Shown in pieces: positions 1 through 12,100 of a stretch of 64,000 nucleotides of DNA. Origin of the DNA: Marsupella aquatica (lineage: Eukaryota; Plantae; Marchantiophyta). The translations under genes and the position numbers were made by a program. The stretch covers positions 15,320,816-15,384,815 of the forward strand of contig OZ316895.1 of NCBI GenBank assembly GCA_973895155.1, in the 5' to 3' direction. How positions within the stretch are numbered: position 1 is the first letter of the stretch; each line of letters starts with the position of its first letter. The notes under the pieces are model-generated. The model did not search any database, was not told where the DNA came from, and saw only the letters and a program-made list of their open reading frames with translations.

Positions 1-247
1 GATAGTTTCGAAAAAGTCACGAAAGCTCTAGTGTCATGATCTCTAAAGATCTGTAGCGGTCAAACTTTGAATGAAGTTGTAATCAAGTCATAGCGTCTGC
101 GTGAACACCGTTTGAAGTCAAGGGACTGCATATTTTTTGATCTCGAAGTGAACGGATACCTCAGGTAGTATCGTTTTGTTTTTCCTATTTGCAGGGTCTA
201 TGGTAGGATGTACCTTGTTGCTGACTAAGTTATGTTGTTCGCTTCAG

Positions 248-3200
248 CCACGTGTTATAGCTGTTCTAGACTGGGAGTTATCGACTTTGGGGAACCAGAT
301 GGCAGACATCGCATACAACTGCTTGGTATGCTCACTGAAAGGCACTTCGAGGATTTTTCTTGACGGTGTTAATGCTTTGCGAGATTGGAACATTTTCATG
401 TTGTTTGTTGTTGAAAATTGTGTTCTTGTACCGTCACACTCTTGTCCCAGGCGGACCCAAGATGTCTTTCAAGCTAGCCGTCAAATCTCACTCTGAGGAC
501 TTTAGCTGTATAAATCTTATCTCAACATCATGGAGCAATATCTATAAAATGAACTGCAGTTACGAGTGTTTTTTAATTTTAAATTGAATTTACTTTTATT
601 TATTAAAATCTGTGAAACCCCACTGAGAGGGAACAGTCTGTCACAACATATAAACTCTAGACCTATGAGTCTCAACTCAAGTGAGCTTTTACACAGCCAT
701 GCCTCTCTGGGCGTTACGAGTGAAAATATAAGATGGAGTCTTTGCACTTTGCCAAGAGTGCAAATTTTGACTCTTGAATGAGTTTTGTATGATGAAATTT
801 ATCTTGTGTATTGTGAGATATTCTTAGAAAGTGGTCAGTTAGACTTGAACAGAGGGAGTATATTGTTCCTCCAACAAAGACCTGTGCAACCTGGAGGGCT
901 TGAGGGAGCTCGTTCTAATTGTTCGGGCTGATTTGAGATGGATGCTTTGCTGAGTTAGTTGCAAAGAGTCCGTGAATGATACTTCGTTTTTCTGGGGTAC
1001 GCAGACATATGAGTTCAGCAGAGAGGAGTTCAAGTTGACAGTTCAGGGATACTGTTTTGAAAACGGACTTTTGCCAGGAATTCCTACAAGGGAAGAGTAC
1101 CTTGGTCAGTACTGTAAAGCAGCAGTACGTATACGGTTTCAGTGTGCCTCTAGAATTCGTAAAGCTTTCGTTAATTAATATGAGGTTGGAATTCTCATCT
1201 TACATTTGTTTCTTCTAGACGGCAGGTTATTTGTTAAGTTTTTAAGGTGATTAACTCATCTCTCTCCAGTTGTCCATTTGTTTCTAATTTCAATGAACAC
1301 GAGGATTGGAGGTGCAGTATTCATGAATGCACGATGTCTAAAACTGCTTGAACGCAGGGAGTACCATGGCCAGCTTCTACCTGGAAGTTCTATACAGCTT
1401 TGTCTGTTTTCCGTGTCATTGCCATTTGGATTGGAGTCTATAAACGAATGATACAGGTGATTGTGGCTCTAAAAGCCCTCATGATACTGAATGTTTAGCA
1501 GTGAATTGGGAGATACTAAAGACAACTCGAAGAAACCATCTCTTCTAATATGTTGATTCTCCACATGCAACTTTGGAGTGATGCTATTTTGTTCAACATA
1601 GGTGTACAGACCGTACAAATTGTATACCGAGGGCTTTTAGCCATAGAAACCGGGCACTGAATCGACAGAACCAAGACACCATAGGTTGAGAGTCATAATT
1701 GTCTGCATGAAATGTCGAGTCACTGGATGCCATCATGTTCCTAGTTAGAGATCTATTTGAGAATCGTCTTTTAAATCTGTTCTTTTTTGAAGTAGAACGA
1801 GTACAGTAACAGAGCACTTTATTAGTACGCATGGTATATTCGCGGCTAACAATTTCCAGGACTCCAGACAGACAATGTCTGTTAAAACCTTTGTTGTAGT
1901 GCCCCCATTGCTTCTGTAAGGATTTCTGGAGCATGATCCTATTGGGCTGATCTGTTCTGTTTGTAGGGTAATTCAACAGGTCGGGTAGATAACGCGATTG
2001 CACACAACATGGAGATTATGACGGGTCTTGTCATGAGCTTGATACGATCAGATGCTACTCTACCGATTTCCCCCTCTTTGCCTGGTAAGTTTGAGTCATG
2101 GTTGACAACTTTCTTTAGCAACCTTGGCAGTTCAGTTTCACGGACACCTCAAACCATGTAAACCCATGTTATCATGCCATTGTAAACTACCATAATACAG
2201 CAGTCCCATAACTGATTGCTTTCATAATACCCATAGTTGCGACCCTTTATATGAGAAATGTCAGAGATTAATGTTGACTTTGCCCAACTTCTAATTATAG
2301 CCTTTTAATGATGTGCTCAAAAATTATCTTGAACGATCTGGTGTAGATTGCTATGGGACTGTTTACCGGTTTGCACCTTTTCAAATTGTCCAAAATTCTT
2401 CGACTATGTGTTTTGGCTCTTGGGATTTATTAATGCATTTTCTTGGGTACAGTTTCGTTAAGCGGGCATCCGGATGCAGGAACATTAGGTTTTCAACCTT
2501 CAAGTAAACTGCAAGAGTTGCAAAAGCAGGTGCTGAAGTTCATGGAACAGTTTGTGTATCCTAATGAAGGGAAGTTCAATCAGCTTGCCCAGTCAGCGAA
2601 TCGATGGACAATACATCCATTAGAAGAAGAACTCAAGAAAAAAGCAAAGGCTGCTGGCCTTTGGAACCTCTGGATACCGGTACAATGACTTTCTTCTCCA
2701 TATTGTCTTGCAGGAATCCTCCTGATGAGAATTCATGAGGACTAAAATCGGCCGTTATTGTCTGGAACAGGCTGACAGCGCAAAGCTTGCTTCAGAAGTT
2801 CTCTTTGAGGATAACTACGGATCAGCTACAAGAGATTCAGTCGAGCATCTTGTGGGAGCAGGATTGAGCAATTTGGACTATGCCCATGTGTGTCAAATTA
2901 TGGGTCGTTCTCTGTGGGCTCCTCCATTATTCAATTGCAGTGCACCTGATACAGGCAACATGGAGGTGTGTGATGATGGCACTTGACCTCTCTGAGTATA
3001 AAGTTCCTCTCAATGGAAACTAGAAGATTTTAGTGGGGATACTCAAATGTAAGCCACTCAGTCAAGTATACATTGTCATGGTGCAGGTTCTGTTGCGATA
3101 TGGGAGCCCAGAACAGCAGAAAACATGGTTAAAACCTTTATTGGAAGGTGAAATACGCTCAGGCTTTGCTATGACAGAACCAGATGTTGCATCCTCTGAT

Positions 3201-6200
3201 GCAACAAATATAGAGTGTTCCATCGTCCGGTATATACAAAGCTCTACTCTTGCTCTTCAAGTTTGTTGGACTTTCATGTTTGTTTGCGTGCTTAAAGATG
3301 CTTTCCGTCCTTTCGTTAATCGGGGAATGAACGCAATCAAGTGTAATGGACCCAGTCGGGCTACAGAGCCAGGATGTACAAAGACTTGTTAAAAGTGTCA
3401 ATAGTCATGGTTAAAATTTGGGGGAGCAATAATAAGATAGCAAAAAAGATATCGATTCTCGTCTTCACGAGATTTTAGTGAACCGACTAATGGATTTCTG
3501 ACTTCAGAATGATTCGCAGTATCTACGATTTTTCACCTGCTGGGGTTGAAGTTTTAGCCTATGTTTTTCACTGCAAATGTTTTGTATGAAAAGAAGACGT
3601 AGAAGTAGGTTTATGTCATTGATCTGCATTTGGCCTGCTTGTTAACCTAGATGTTCTGGTTTTCTTTGCAGGAAGGGAAATGAATATGTGATAAATGGCC
3701 GAAAATGGTGGACTAGTGGTGCCATGGATCCAAGATGTCGTCTGCTCATTGTCATGGTAAGGACGTTTGTAGCAAAACTGTCCAGTTTAGGAGCGAGAAT
3801 TCAAGAAAATTGGGAGTGACGGATTCAAAGAAAACTTTCAGGAGTTCGTTCTTTTTGAATTGGGATCTGAATGTTTTGAGTTAATCCTCTGGCTTTTGCG
3901 AATTTATACCACAAAACTTCAAATAGACTGTAAAGAGAGACGCAAATTTGGCTTAACTGCCGAGGGTAATGCGTGACATTCAAATTTTGATGGAAGAATT
4001 CTTCTTCACCTCATCTGGTTAAACTAACTATTTTCCGGTCCTGTTGTGGATAGGGAAAGACGGATACTCAAGCGGTTTTGCATAAGCAGCAGTCTATGGT
4101 TCTTGTAGATATAAAGACTCCAGGTGTTTCCATTGTTAGACCGTTGAATGTCTTCGGTTTTGATGATGCACCACATGGACACGCAGAAGTTGTTTTCAAG
4201 GATGTTCGCATTCCAGTAACAAATATGCTCCTTGGAGAAGGTCGCGGATTCGAGATTGCCCAAGTTCAGTATCCGAGCTGGACTCTGCTAAACTTTGTGT
4301 TTCAGCCTCCCTTTTCTTTATTTAGCATCCCTATTTAAAGATTAATTTAAGCTGGCCATATTGGAAGCAAATTTTCCCTGGTCACTTCATGATGATTCCT
4401 TAAGGGCTATAAAAAAAGGTCGTTTTGAAATGTCGCTACCATACTTATGCAACGACTGCTTTACGTTGCAGTGCCTTGCCTCAAGCTCCTGTTTTAATTC
4501 ATTACTTTTGTGATTGTCTGGGGGCAAGTGTTACTCAATTAAGTAGCATTCTGTGCCCACCAGTGGAGTTGAGCAATTGAAAGTTTTGCTGACCGGTTGA
4601 ATTGGAATGGTATTCATTTCCAGGGACGGCTTGGGCCTGGTCGATTGCACCACTGCATGAGGTCGTTAGGTGCTGCCGATCGCGCAATCGAGTTGATGGC
4701 AAAGAGGGCTCTAGATAGACGGGCTTTCGGAAAGTCTCTTGCTGAGCAAGGAGGTTTCAAGGCTGAGCTTGCAGAGGTACAATTTTACATCATCGGAAAT
4801 CAAAGTCCTTGTTGTCTGGCTTGCGCTGATTTATAAACCTCAATGTATATTTAAAGACTTTTAAGACCAACGGTCGGTTAATGACAAGCTAATATACTAT
4901 TTAACGGATGGAGGTTATTGAACTTATTATGTATTAAATGAAGTTTGTAGAGGCGCAGGTCACACAAGAATGGCTGATCATCTGTAGGATGTTGAGAAAA
5001 TTCATTATTTCAAGGACAAGTTTGACTTCAGTTGTTTTGTACAACCGATGATCTGACAGTGGTTCATTTTTGCAGTGTCGGCTAGATATTGAAAAAACAA
5101 GACTGCTGGTATTGCATGCTGCCAATCAATTGGATTTGCATGGCAACAAAGCTGCCCGTGGTGTCCTTGCCATGGCAAAAGTAAGACCGCTTTTTTACTA
5201 AGTCGTGCGGGTAGTTAGTGTTACTTGTGCCTGGTTTACTAATTGTGGCTTTGAGTTGAGTTCCGCGCCATGCTGGGAACGTTCAAATGCTAAATCGAGT
5301 CCAGTGCGCATTGTCACTAACTCAAATCCTTTTATTCTTGAGGTCTTATTTGTGATTTAGGAGTAGACAAAGCTGCATTGTGTAGGCTTTAGACAACAAA
5401 ATTCAGGGCAGTGCTAATCTACTGGCTGCCACATATCAACGGATCTGAGGCTCGCAATGAGTCAAAGCAAAGCTACTTAACGCAGATGGGAGGGGATACA
5501 ATAATTACGAGTAGCCGCCCTATTACAGATGTAGGGCTGCTATCTCTTTGTGAGATCGATAGAATGCGCGTCATTGCCCAACCTTTTTAATCTTCAGTGA
5601 GGAAATTGATGCAGGAGAGTCGCTAGTCTCTGGGCATTTTTTCCATCAGGAAGTATTGGTCGGGTGTTTGCTTTCAAAATGAAGTGCCCTTTCATCCTGA
5701 TGAATTTGTTGGCGCTGAGGACAAGGGTTTTGTTTATGCTGTAAAGATTCGTACTTACGAATCTGAGAAGTACTTTAGGACCAGGACTGAAGGAGAGTTT
5801 TCAGAATAATGAGGAATGTATCTTCTTAGCTGATTGCTCAAATAAGGAGTCATTAAAGAGAGAACCTACTCAATCACTCCCCTTATAAAAGGGTGGGGAG
5901 AAAGAGGGTATTCCACTGGTTTGGCAGGGATGTTGAGAGTGCTGTAGATTTTATTTATATCGGCAGGCACGAAAGGTCATTACCTGAATGTGTACATACA
6001 ATATTCTCTCAACATGGTCGTGCTGTGCAGACTCTTTGTTGTTTTATGAACGAGAAACCAGACTGGCAGGTCAATACTGAGCGTGGTTTCCACTGGATCT
6101 ACCTTGACAGGTAGCAGCTCCACGGACAGCACTGAAGGTACTTGATGCTGCAATTCAAGTCCATGGCGGAGGAGGTGTAAGCTCTGATTTCCCTCTAGCT

Positions 6201-6305
6201 CAGTTGTGGGCAGGTCTGCGAACTTTACGAATTGCAGATGGTCCAGATGAGGTTCATCTTGGAACAATTGCCAAACTTGAGCTGAGTCGTGCTTCTCGCC
6301 TGTAG
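248..6305 (+). CDS. IBR3: Peroxisomal acyl-CoA dehydrogenase IBR3 / ACAD10-11-like (APH kinase-like domain fused to ACAD domain); 5' part lies outside the window
   Basis: About 12 GT-AG exons (248-325, 1005-1124, 1358-1456, 1967-2084, 2453-2679, ~2771-2965, ~3087-3229, ~3672-3756, ~4053-4263, ~4624-4776, ~5076-5180, 6111-6305). They give [83 protein letters not shown] and [11 protein letters not shown], ending ELSRASRL* (PTS1). Confidence 0.95.
569..712 (-). mobile_element. tRNA-derived SINE, family A copy 1 (IBR3 intron)
   Basis: Flanked by exact 10-bp TSD GTTACGAGTG (559-568 and 713-722), with an A-rich tail on the minus strand. Homologous to 24360-24496. Confidence 0.8.
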
Positions 6306-6508
6306 GGATCCTAAAGCGAGTCAAGCTTATGTATTGGGACAAGTTCTGTGGCAAATCAGGCATATGTATCATAAGGCCGTCTAGCACTATTATCGCGTGG
6401 CATATTCCAAAGGGAATTGCAAGTACTTTAGTCTGAAAGGTGAAAGATATTTGGCACGAGATGTGACCTGGACTCACAAGTGATATCCGAGAGCGTTGAA
6501 TTTTGTAA

Positions 6509-6805
6509 CTAGCATGGGACCTCTTACAAGTGTGTTGGACATGAACTGGGCAGCAGTTCCTCTATTCGCCATATAGATAGGTAGCTAGCATGGGACCTCT
6601 TACAAGTGTATTACAAGTGTGTTGGACATGAACTGGGCAGCAGTTCCTCTATTCACCATATAGATTGGTATCTAGCATGGGACCTCTTACAAGTGTGCTC
6701 CTCTATATTCACCATATAGATTGGTATCTAGCATGGGACCTCTTACAAGTGTGCTGGACATGAACTGGGCAGCGGTTCCTCTATATTCACCATATAGATT
6801 GGTAC
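6509..6805. repeat. Minisatellite, ~76-78-bp unit x4 (one unit internally deleted, one with an internal duplication)
   Basis: Unit CTAGCATGGGACCTCTTACAAGTGTG..GGACATGAACTGGGCAGC..CCATATAGAT.GGTA starts at 6509, 6585, 6672 and 6728. Confidence 0.95.
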
Positions 6806-6838
6806 CATTTATTTGTAAGCTGTATTAAAGCAACTGCA

Positions 6839-6895
6839 ACTTGAAAAAGGAGTAGGTGAGTCCACGACTTGAAAAAGGAGTAGGTGAGTCCACGA
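6839..6895. repeat. Perfect 28-bp tandem duplication
   Basis: ACTTGAAAAAGGAGTAGGTGAGTCCACG x2. Confidence 0.95.
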
Positions 6896-7261
6896 GGGGA
6901 ACCCATTTAGGCTGTTTTGTGAAACTTGTAGACTAGATATGATCTCAAGTTTGAAGTTTGGACAGGAAAGTAAGCAAAACGAAACCCTTATCTGCGGTAC
7001 AAGAAATAAGTGTTCTAAACATTAAAAGAAATTTCCCAGCCCTTGGTAAAGGACGTCCATACAACTGCAAATCTTGAAACGCAGCCCAACATACGTGTAG
7101 AATTGAGCAATTAGTAAATAAACAGCAAATCCTTGTGGTGTAATCCAGAATGACAATTTACACGCTCTGACCGCACAGCTGAGAATACAACGTGGCATCT
7201 TTCCATATAAATCCATTAGTCACAGTCACAAACACCGTCTCACTCCTTTGGATAACATCTA

Positions 7262-10200
7262 CTAAATTTGCCATTGAGGAGGTTTGTACAACTGCGGCCG
7301 AGCCTCTCTTCTAGGTTTGTTCTTCACTTTAGTCTCGTCCCTGTCTAATGCATCCCTGATGCTACTCAACAACTCCTCCATACCCAATCCTTCTCTGTAG
7401 TACACACGCACAAGAGAAATGATAACAAATCAAAACCTGCCCCCTTTCCTCCTTCCTGATTGCGGAAAAATGAAATAAAGTGAACACAGTGTAACTATTT
7501 GTTTGTAAACAATAAGGTAAGTAACATGTTGACGAGTGAAGTACACCAATTTAACTCAAGCTTACCTAGAAACCCCCGAAGCCTTTCAAGAGAATAGAAA
7601 CAGAAACAAAACATATATACACATTTAAAAACAGTTGATACTACATCTGTGGGTTCCCACCACATATCTCATTGTGCCACACTCACCTCTCCCAACCAAC
7701 TACGCCAACGGTTTCCAATCGGCCTTAGAATAATGGAATCAACAATATTCAAAACATGCTCATAAAAGCACAAGAAAATTCACACACAAAAAAAGAATAA
7801 CAGAACACGTACTTCGCGCTTATTCCGATGACTGCTAGAGGTCGCTGAACGTCCTCCACACCCTCCTCTGTCTTGCTGTCAGCCACGTTGCCCAGTTTGC
7901 CATCTTCCCCTTGTATCTTTTGTGGTTCATCACTTTCGAGAATGGAAAGCATTCTGCCAGAATTTTGCTCTTCTTCGAGTGAGGCGATTTCGGGATTAGT
8001 GCCCATTGAACTGATGATTTCTCGGGTCGCCTCAAAGCAAGCCTTGGCCTACAAACGGAAATGAAAGTGCTTAATTGAAGTATAGTAGGGCTTTAAGATT
8101 GACTTGTCCAGAAAGGTCCTGCCATTCCTCAATACACACTACGACCTTGCACAGACTCAAGCCTTAAGGCAACCCTGAGAACGCTAATTCATCAAAAAAC
8201 ATTTAGTCAATGTGCGAACAAAATCTTCCACATCCAGAATCTTGACCTGGATAAAATGTCTAATCTACAAGAACTCTTGGATGGTGTTATGCATGTCTGC
8301 TTCACTAACATTTAAGAAGTGTGAGTCAGCACTGCACCACCAGCCTTATTTACCATGACAGCGAGCCTCTCTAAATTATGGTTTCTTATTTTTTTTAAAC
8401 TCTCCCCTTAAGATTATGGCATATGCTATGTGAGCCGTAGGGTCATGAAGGTCTCGCCAGCATTTAATTGGCACGGAGTACACAATCTATGAGATTGGCA
8501 ACAGCATGGGTATGTCACGGTTGGTGGGTTTAGCGAATTTAGCTGCAATTTCACTCTCAAGCTCGTTCAGAAGAAATTGTGTACCTTAGGAAGGTCGAGC
8601 TTGTTCAAAACCACAATATGAGGTCGTCTACCATAATCTGGGTTGTACATGTATAGCTCCTGCAACGCCAATTGAATTGGTTAGGACAACCCTAAATTAA
8701 GACACATCTGGCAGCGGCGTGAGGTCCATCACAATGCACTGTACTACAAGAACCTAGCTACAAACAAACCAACCAAGAAAGTTTATTTACCTTGAACCAA
8801 AAGAAATGTTGACTTTGAAAACACTCACCTCGCGAAGAGTCTTGTAGTCAAAGATAGGATCGTCTGCAGATGTATCAACAACATGTAATAACAACCTTGT
8901 TCTCCTGAGATGTCGTAGGAACATACGGCCCAATCCCTAAGTGCAAACAGCACATCAATACAATTTGGCGAAGAGGTTATCAGGACTTGAATTGTTTCGG
9001 CTATAGAGTCAACTGTCTCATTTGCTAAAACACCCATTTTTTACTGACTGTAGCGGCTCACCTTACCCAAGTGTGCACCTTTAATCAATCCTGGGAGATC
9101 TGCCAAAGTTGCACCTGAAGAATACCCTCCATCGTCTGTGTTGACGCTTCCTGGAAGTTGCCCTAGATTTGGCATCAGTGTTGTGAATGGGTAGTCTGCG
9201 ATGTCCGGTGTTGCTCGCGTTACTGCAGCAAGTAGGGAGGACTTTCCAGCATTGGGTAGGCCCTGCAGCCAAAAGAGTTCAGCTAATCACACATACAGCA
9301 CTGCTATACCATTCAGATCACCTTCCACACGCTGCGCACCATTGAAGAAGCTAGTCCATCATTCTGATACTGGATTATAAACCAAAGACCACCCTTCCAA
9401 GAACAATACCAGCGGGAGGTCTAAAAATGTAAATAATCATCCGCAGTCTCTTTCCGAATTATTAGAAAAGACATGCAAGGACGCTTTTCCAACATGACAA
9501 GATAAGAGATGAGAAGGAGAAGATGACAACCACAAGGCCCACATCAGCAACCACCCGAAGAGTCAGCTCCAAAACGATCTCCTCTCCAATACTTCCTAAT
9601 GTCAGCAACTGCAGAAAACAATCTTAAAAGTCACGACAGCAGAGCTATCGCTCTCCGGCACTGAAAGAAGGTACAAGGAAGAGGACACTGCAAGTCACTA
9701 ACGAGGAGCCACATCTTCAGGGGCATGACAAAACCATTACCTTATCGTCTGGATCTGTGATGATTGAAGGATCAACATTCCTTAGAGGTCTCCTGCTTTG
9801 TTTCGGGGCTTCCAAGACACTTATCTGAACATACCATAAAAAATATGAGATAGGTCCCAAGCGAAGGGGCATTTCTGGCAAATAGCAAGTTGCACTTTGC
9901 ACGAGCTATGCTAGTTGACATATCAAATTGTATTTACTGGCTCAAATATGTTCTGAACCTCGATTCAATAAATCATTCAAACGCCTAACCACGTTAAAGA
10001 TATTTCAAGTAGTTCCCAGCAGGGTGAGAAATTCTACTCCTCCTGGTCCACCTCGTGCCACCAGATATTTATCCCCTACACGTGATAGGTCAGCTAAAAG
10101 CTTCCCACCTTTCTTCCGCTTCACTACTGTACCTGCTCATTCACATTGAAAGAACAATTTTACTACGCGTTTATAAGTATGATTGCATGGTGTAGATGTA

Positions 10201-11797
10201 ATTTACTTCCGCCAACGATTTAAGCAATGCATGCACACCTTGGAGAGATTGACAGGAACGCAGCGTTTATTCATAGCTACATGTTTTTATTCTCTGAAGT
10301 CCTGACACTCACAAAGTTGCAAATACCCTGTACAAACGTCCAATGATTGAAAGACGAAGCAGGACCGAGAGGCTGATCATAAATGCTCACCAATGGGAAC
10401 GGAAATCAGCAAAGTTGGAGCAGACAAACCATCCCCAATCTTTGGCGTAAGAGGCCCAGAAGCATTCACGTTGCCTCCACGTTTGGCATTGTACCGCCTC
10501 TTCTTGTGAAATTCCAACAGTGAGTCGACGCTCTCATCTGCAACTAAAATCACGTCCCCTCCATGACCTCCCATTGGTAATTGGAATGTCCCATCAGAGC
10601 CTCTCTTAAGAACTCCGGTTTTCCTCTTTCCCTTCTCATTATTCTTCCTCTGTTTCTCATTTTTCTCTCCGGGTGCATACCTCGCAGGTACAGGAGGAGC
10701 CACAGGCATGTCAAGTACCGAACCATGGCCTCCATCTCCAGCTCGCACAGTAATGACAACTTGATCAAAATACTTGTGAGCTTCTTTGACCAGATTGGCA
10801 GGCTCCCCAGTTACTGCCTGCCGGTCCTTCGTCAGGGCACAAACGGCCCTTCCCCGCCCTGTTGCAATCTCCTTAAGCCTACCTTCACTCAAACCCAACC
10901 ATCAGAATGCAATGCAGCGTGTCACACCCACAGAGTTAATAAAACCTGAGACCTTAAACGCTGAAACTATAAAATCCTTCTCTGCAACCTATCCTTGCCA
11001 GATGGAGCAGGACCCTCGATTGACTTCATGCTCCTTGATTCTCGTTTGCAACAAGTACCAGAGTACATAAACCATAAACCATAAACCATAAACCATAAAC
11101 CCTTAAGATTTTTCGGTTCTAGGGACTAATGACTTCATTTTCCCTCTGCGTCTTCATTCTCAATTACCTCAATGTGGGTTTGATTGGCAACTAATACGGA
11201 GGAGCTCCTAATTTGAAGTTCCTTGTTTTCCTTGCCGGACTGCGAGAGAGTTTTATGACGCGAATGATTCAGGTGACGACATTTGCCCTAAGCGAAAGAA
11301 ATTTGGCCAGTCCCGAAGATCATAGCAGGTTCACGACGTTTCCATTCATTTCCGGATGGTCGCCGAAAGGATAAAAGAGGTGAAAGCGCGTGTAGCTGAG
11401 ATTCCAATACCGAATTGCCAGTCAGCTGTTCGGAGTAGAGAACGAATGGAACGAATTCAAAGTCCAGAGAAATCTCTGAAGAACGAATTCGAGAGAGTTA
11501 GGGAAGAGAGAGCAGAAGCACCATACCTGGACACCTTTTCTGCAGGCGCTCTGCCGACGACGTGGAGAAGAGCCGGTGGAACCTCGGAGAATCCCCGACG
11601 AAGGCCGCAGACGAGGAGGAGGCAGTGGAGGAAGAGGAGGATCGAAGGAAGCCGACACCTGCAGGGATGGAAACTGCTGCAGCTGCAGATGGAGATGGAG
11701 ATGGAGATGCCGGCAGGGGTGTATTGGGAGGCGACCGGAAGAGAGCTGCTGCTGCTGCTGCTGCTGCCATAGTCGGTCCCAATCCCAAGCTCGCCAT
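7262..11797 (-). CDS. OBGC2: Obg/CgtA family GTPase, OBGC2-type, predicted plastid-targeted
   Basis: Ala/Ser/Pro-rich transit-peptide exon 11797-11527. Exon 10858-10391 gives [19 protein letters not shown] and MGGHGGDV. Later exons give [28 protein letters not shown] (G1), YPFTT (G2), [16 protein letters not shown] (G3) and NKLD (G4). The last exon ends YKPPQWQI* at 7262; no C-terminal OCT extension. Confidence 0.92.
11066..11102. repeat. Telomere-variant heptamer repeat (CATAAAC)x5
   Basis: CCATAAA is one substitution from the plant telomere repeat CCCTAAA. Lies in OBGC2 intron 1. Confidence 0.85.
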
Positions 11798-11864
11798 CGA
11801 GGCCGTGCTGAAATCAATTGTTCATATCCACTCGGCTGAGCACGTAATGTAGTGTATTGGGGTC

Positions 11865-12100
11865 CAGCCTAAATTTCAAGGTTTTACCTTTCCAGCTTTT
11901 AAGTACACGAGGCATCCATTCTGTGAATAGCCTAGTAGAGTAATGTGGTTCAGCCTAAATTTCAAGGTTTTTTCTTTCCAGCTTTTAAGGACACGAGGCA
12001 TCCATTCTGTGAATAGCCTAGTAGAGTAATGTGGTTCAGCCTAAATTTCAAGGTTTTTCCTTTCCAGCTTTTAAGTACACGAGGTATCCATTCTTTGAAT
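11865..12100. repeat. Minisatellite, 86-bp unit x~2.7
   Basis: CAGCCTAAATTTCAAGGTTT... starts at 11865, 11951 and 12037 with near-identical units. Confidence 0.95.

Noticed and set aside
5980-6477. 165-aa antisense ORF over the last IBR3 exon (similarly 25911-26474, 11356-11852 and 62643-62963)
   Set aside because: These are shadow ORFs opposite real exons, with no recognisable protein features.
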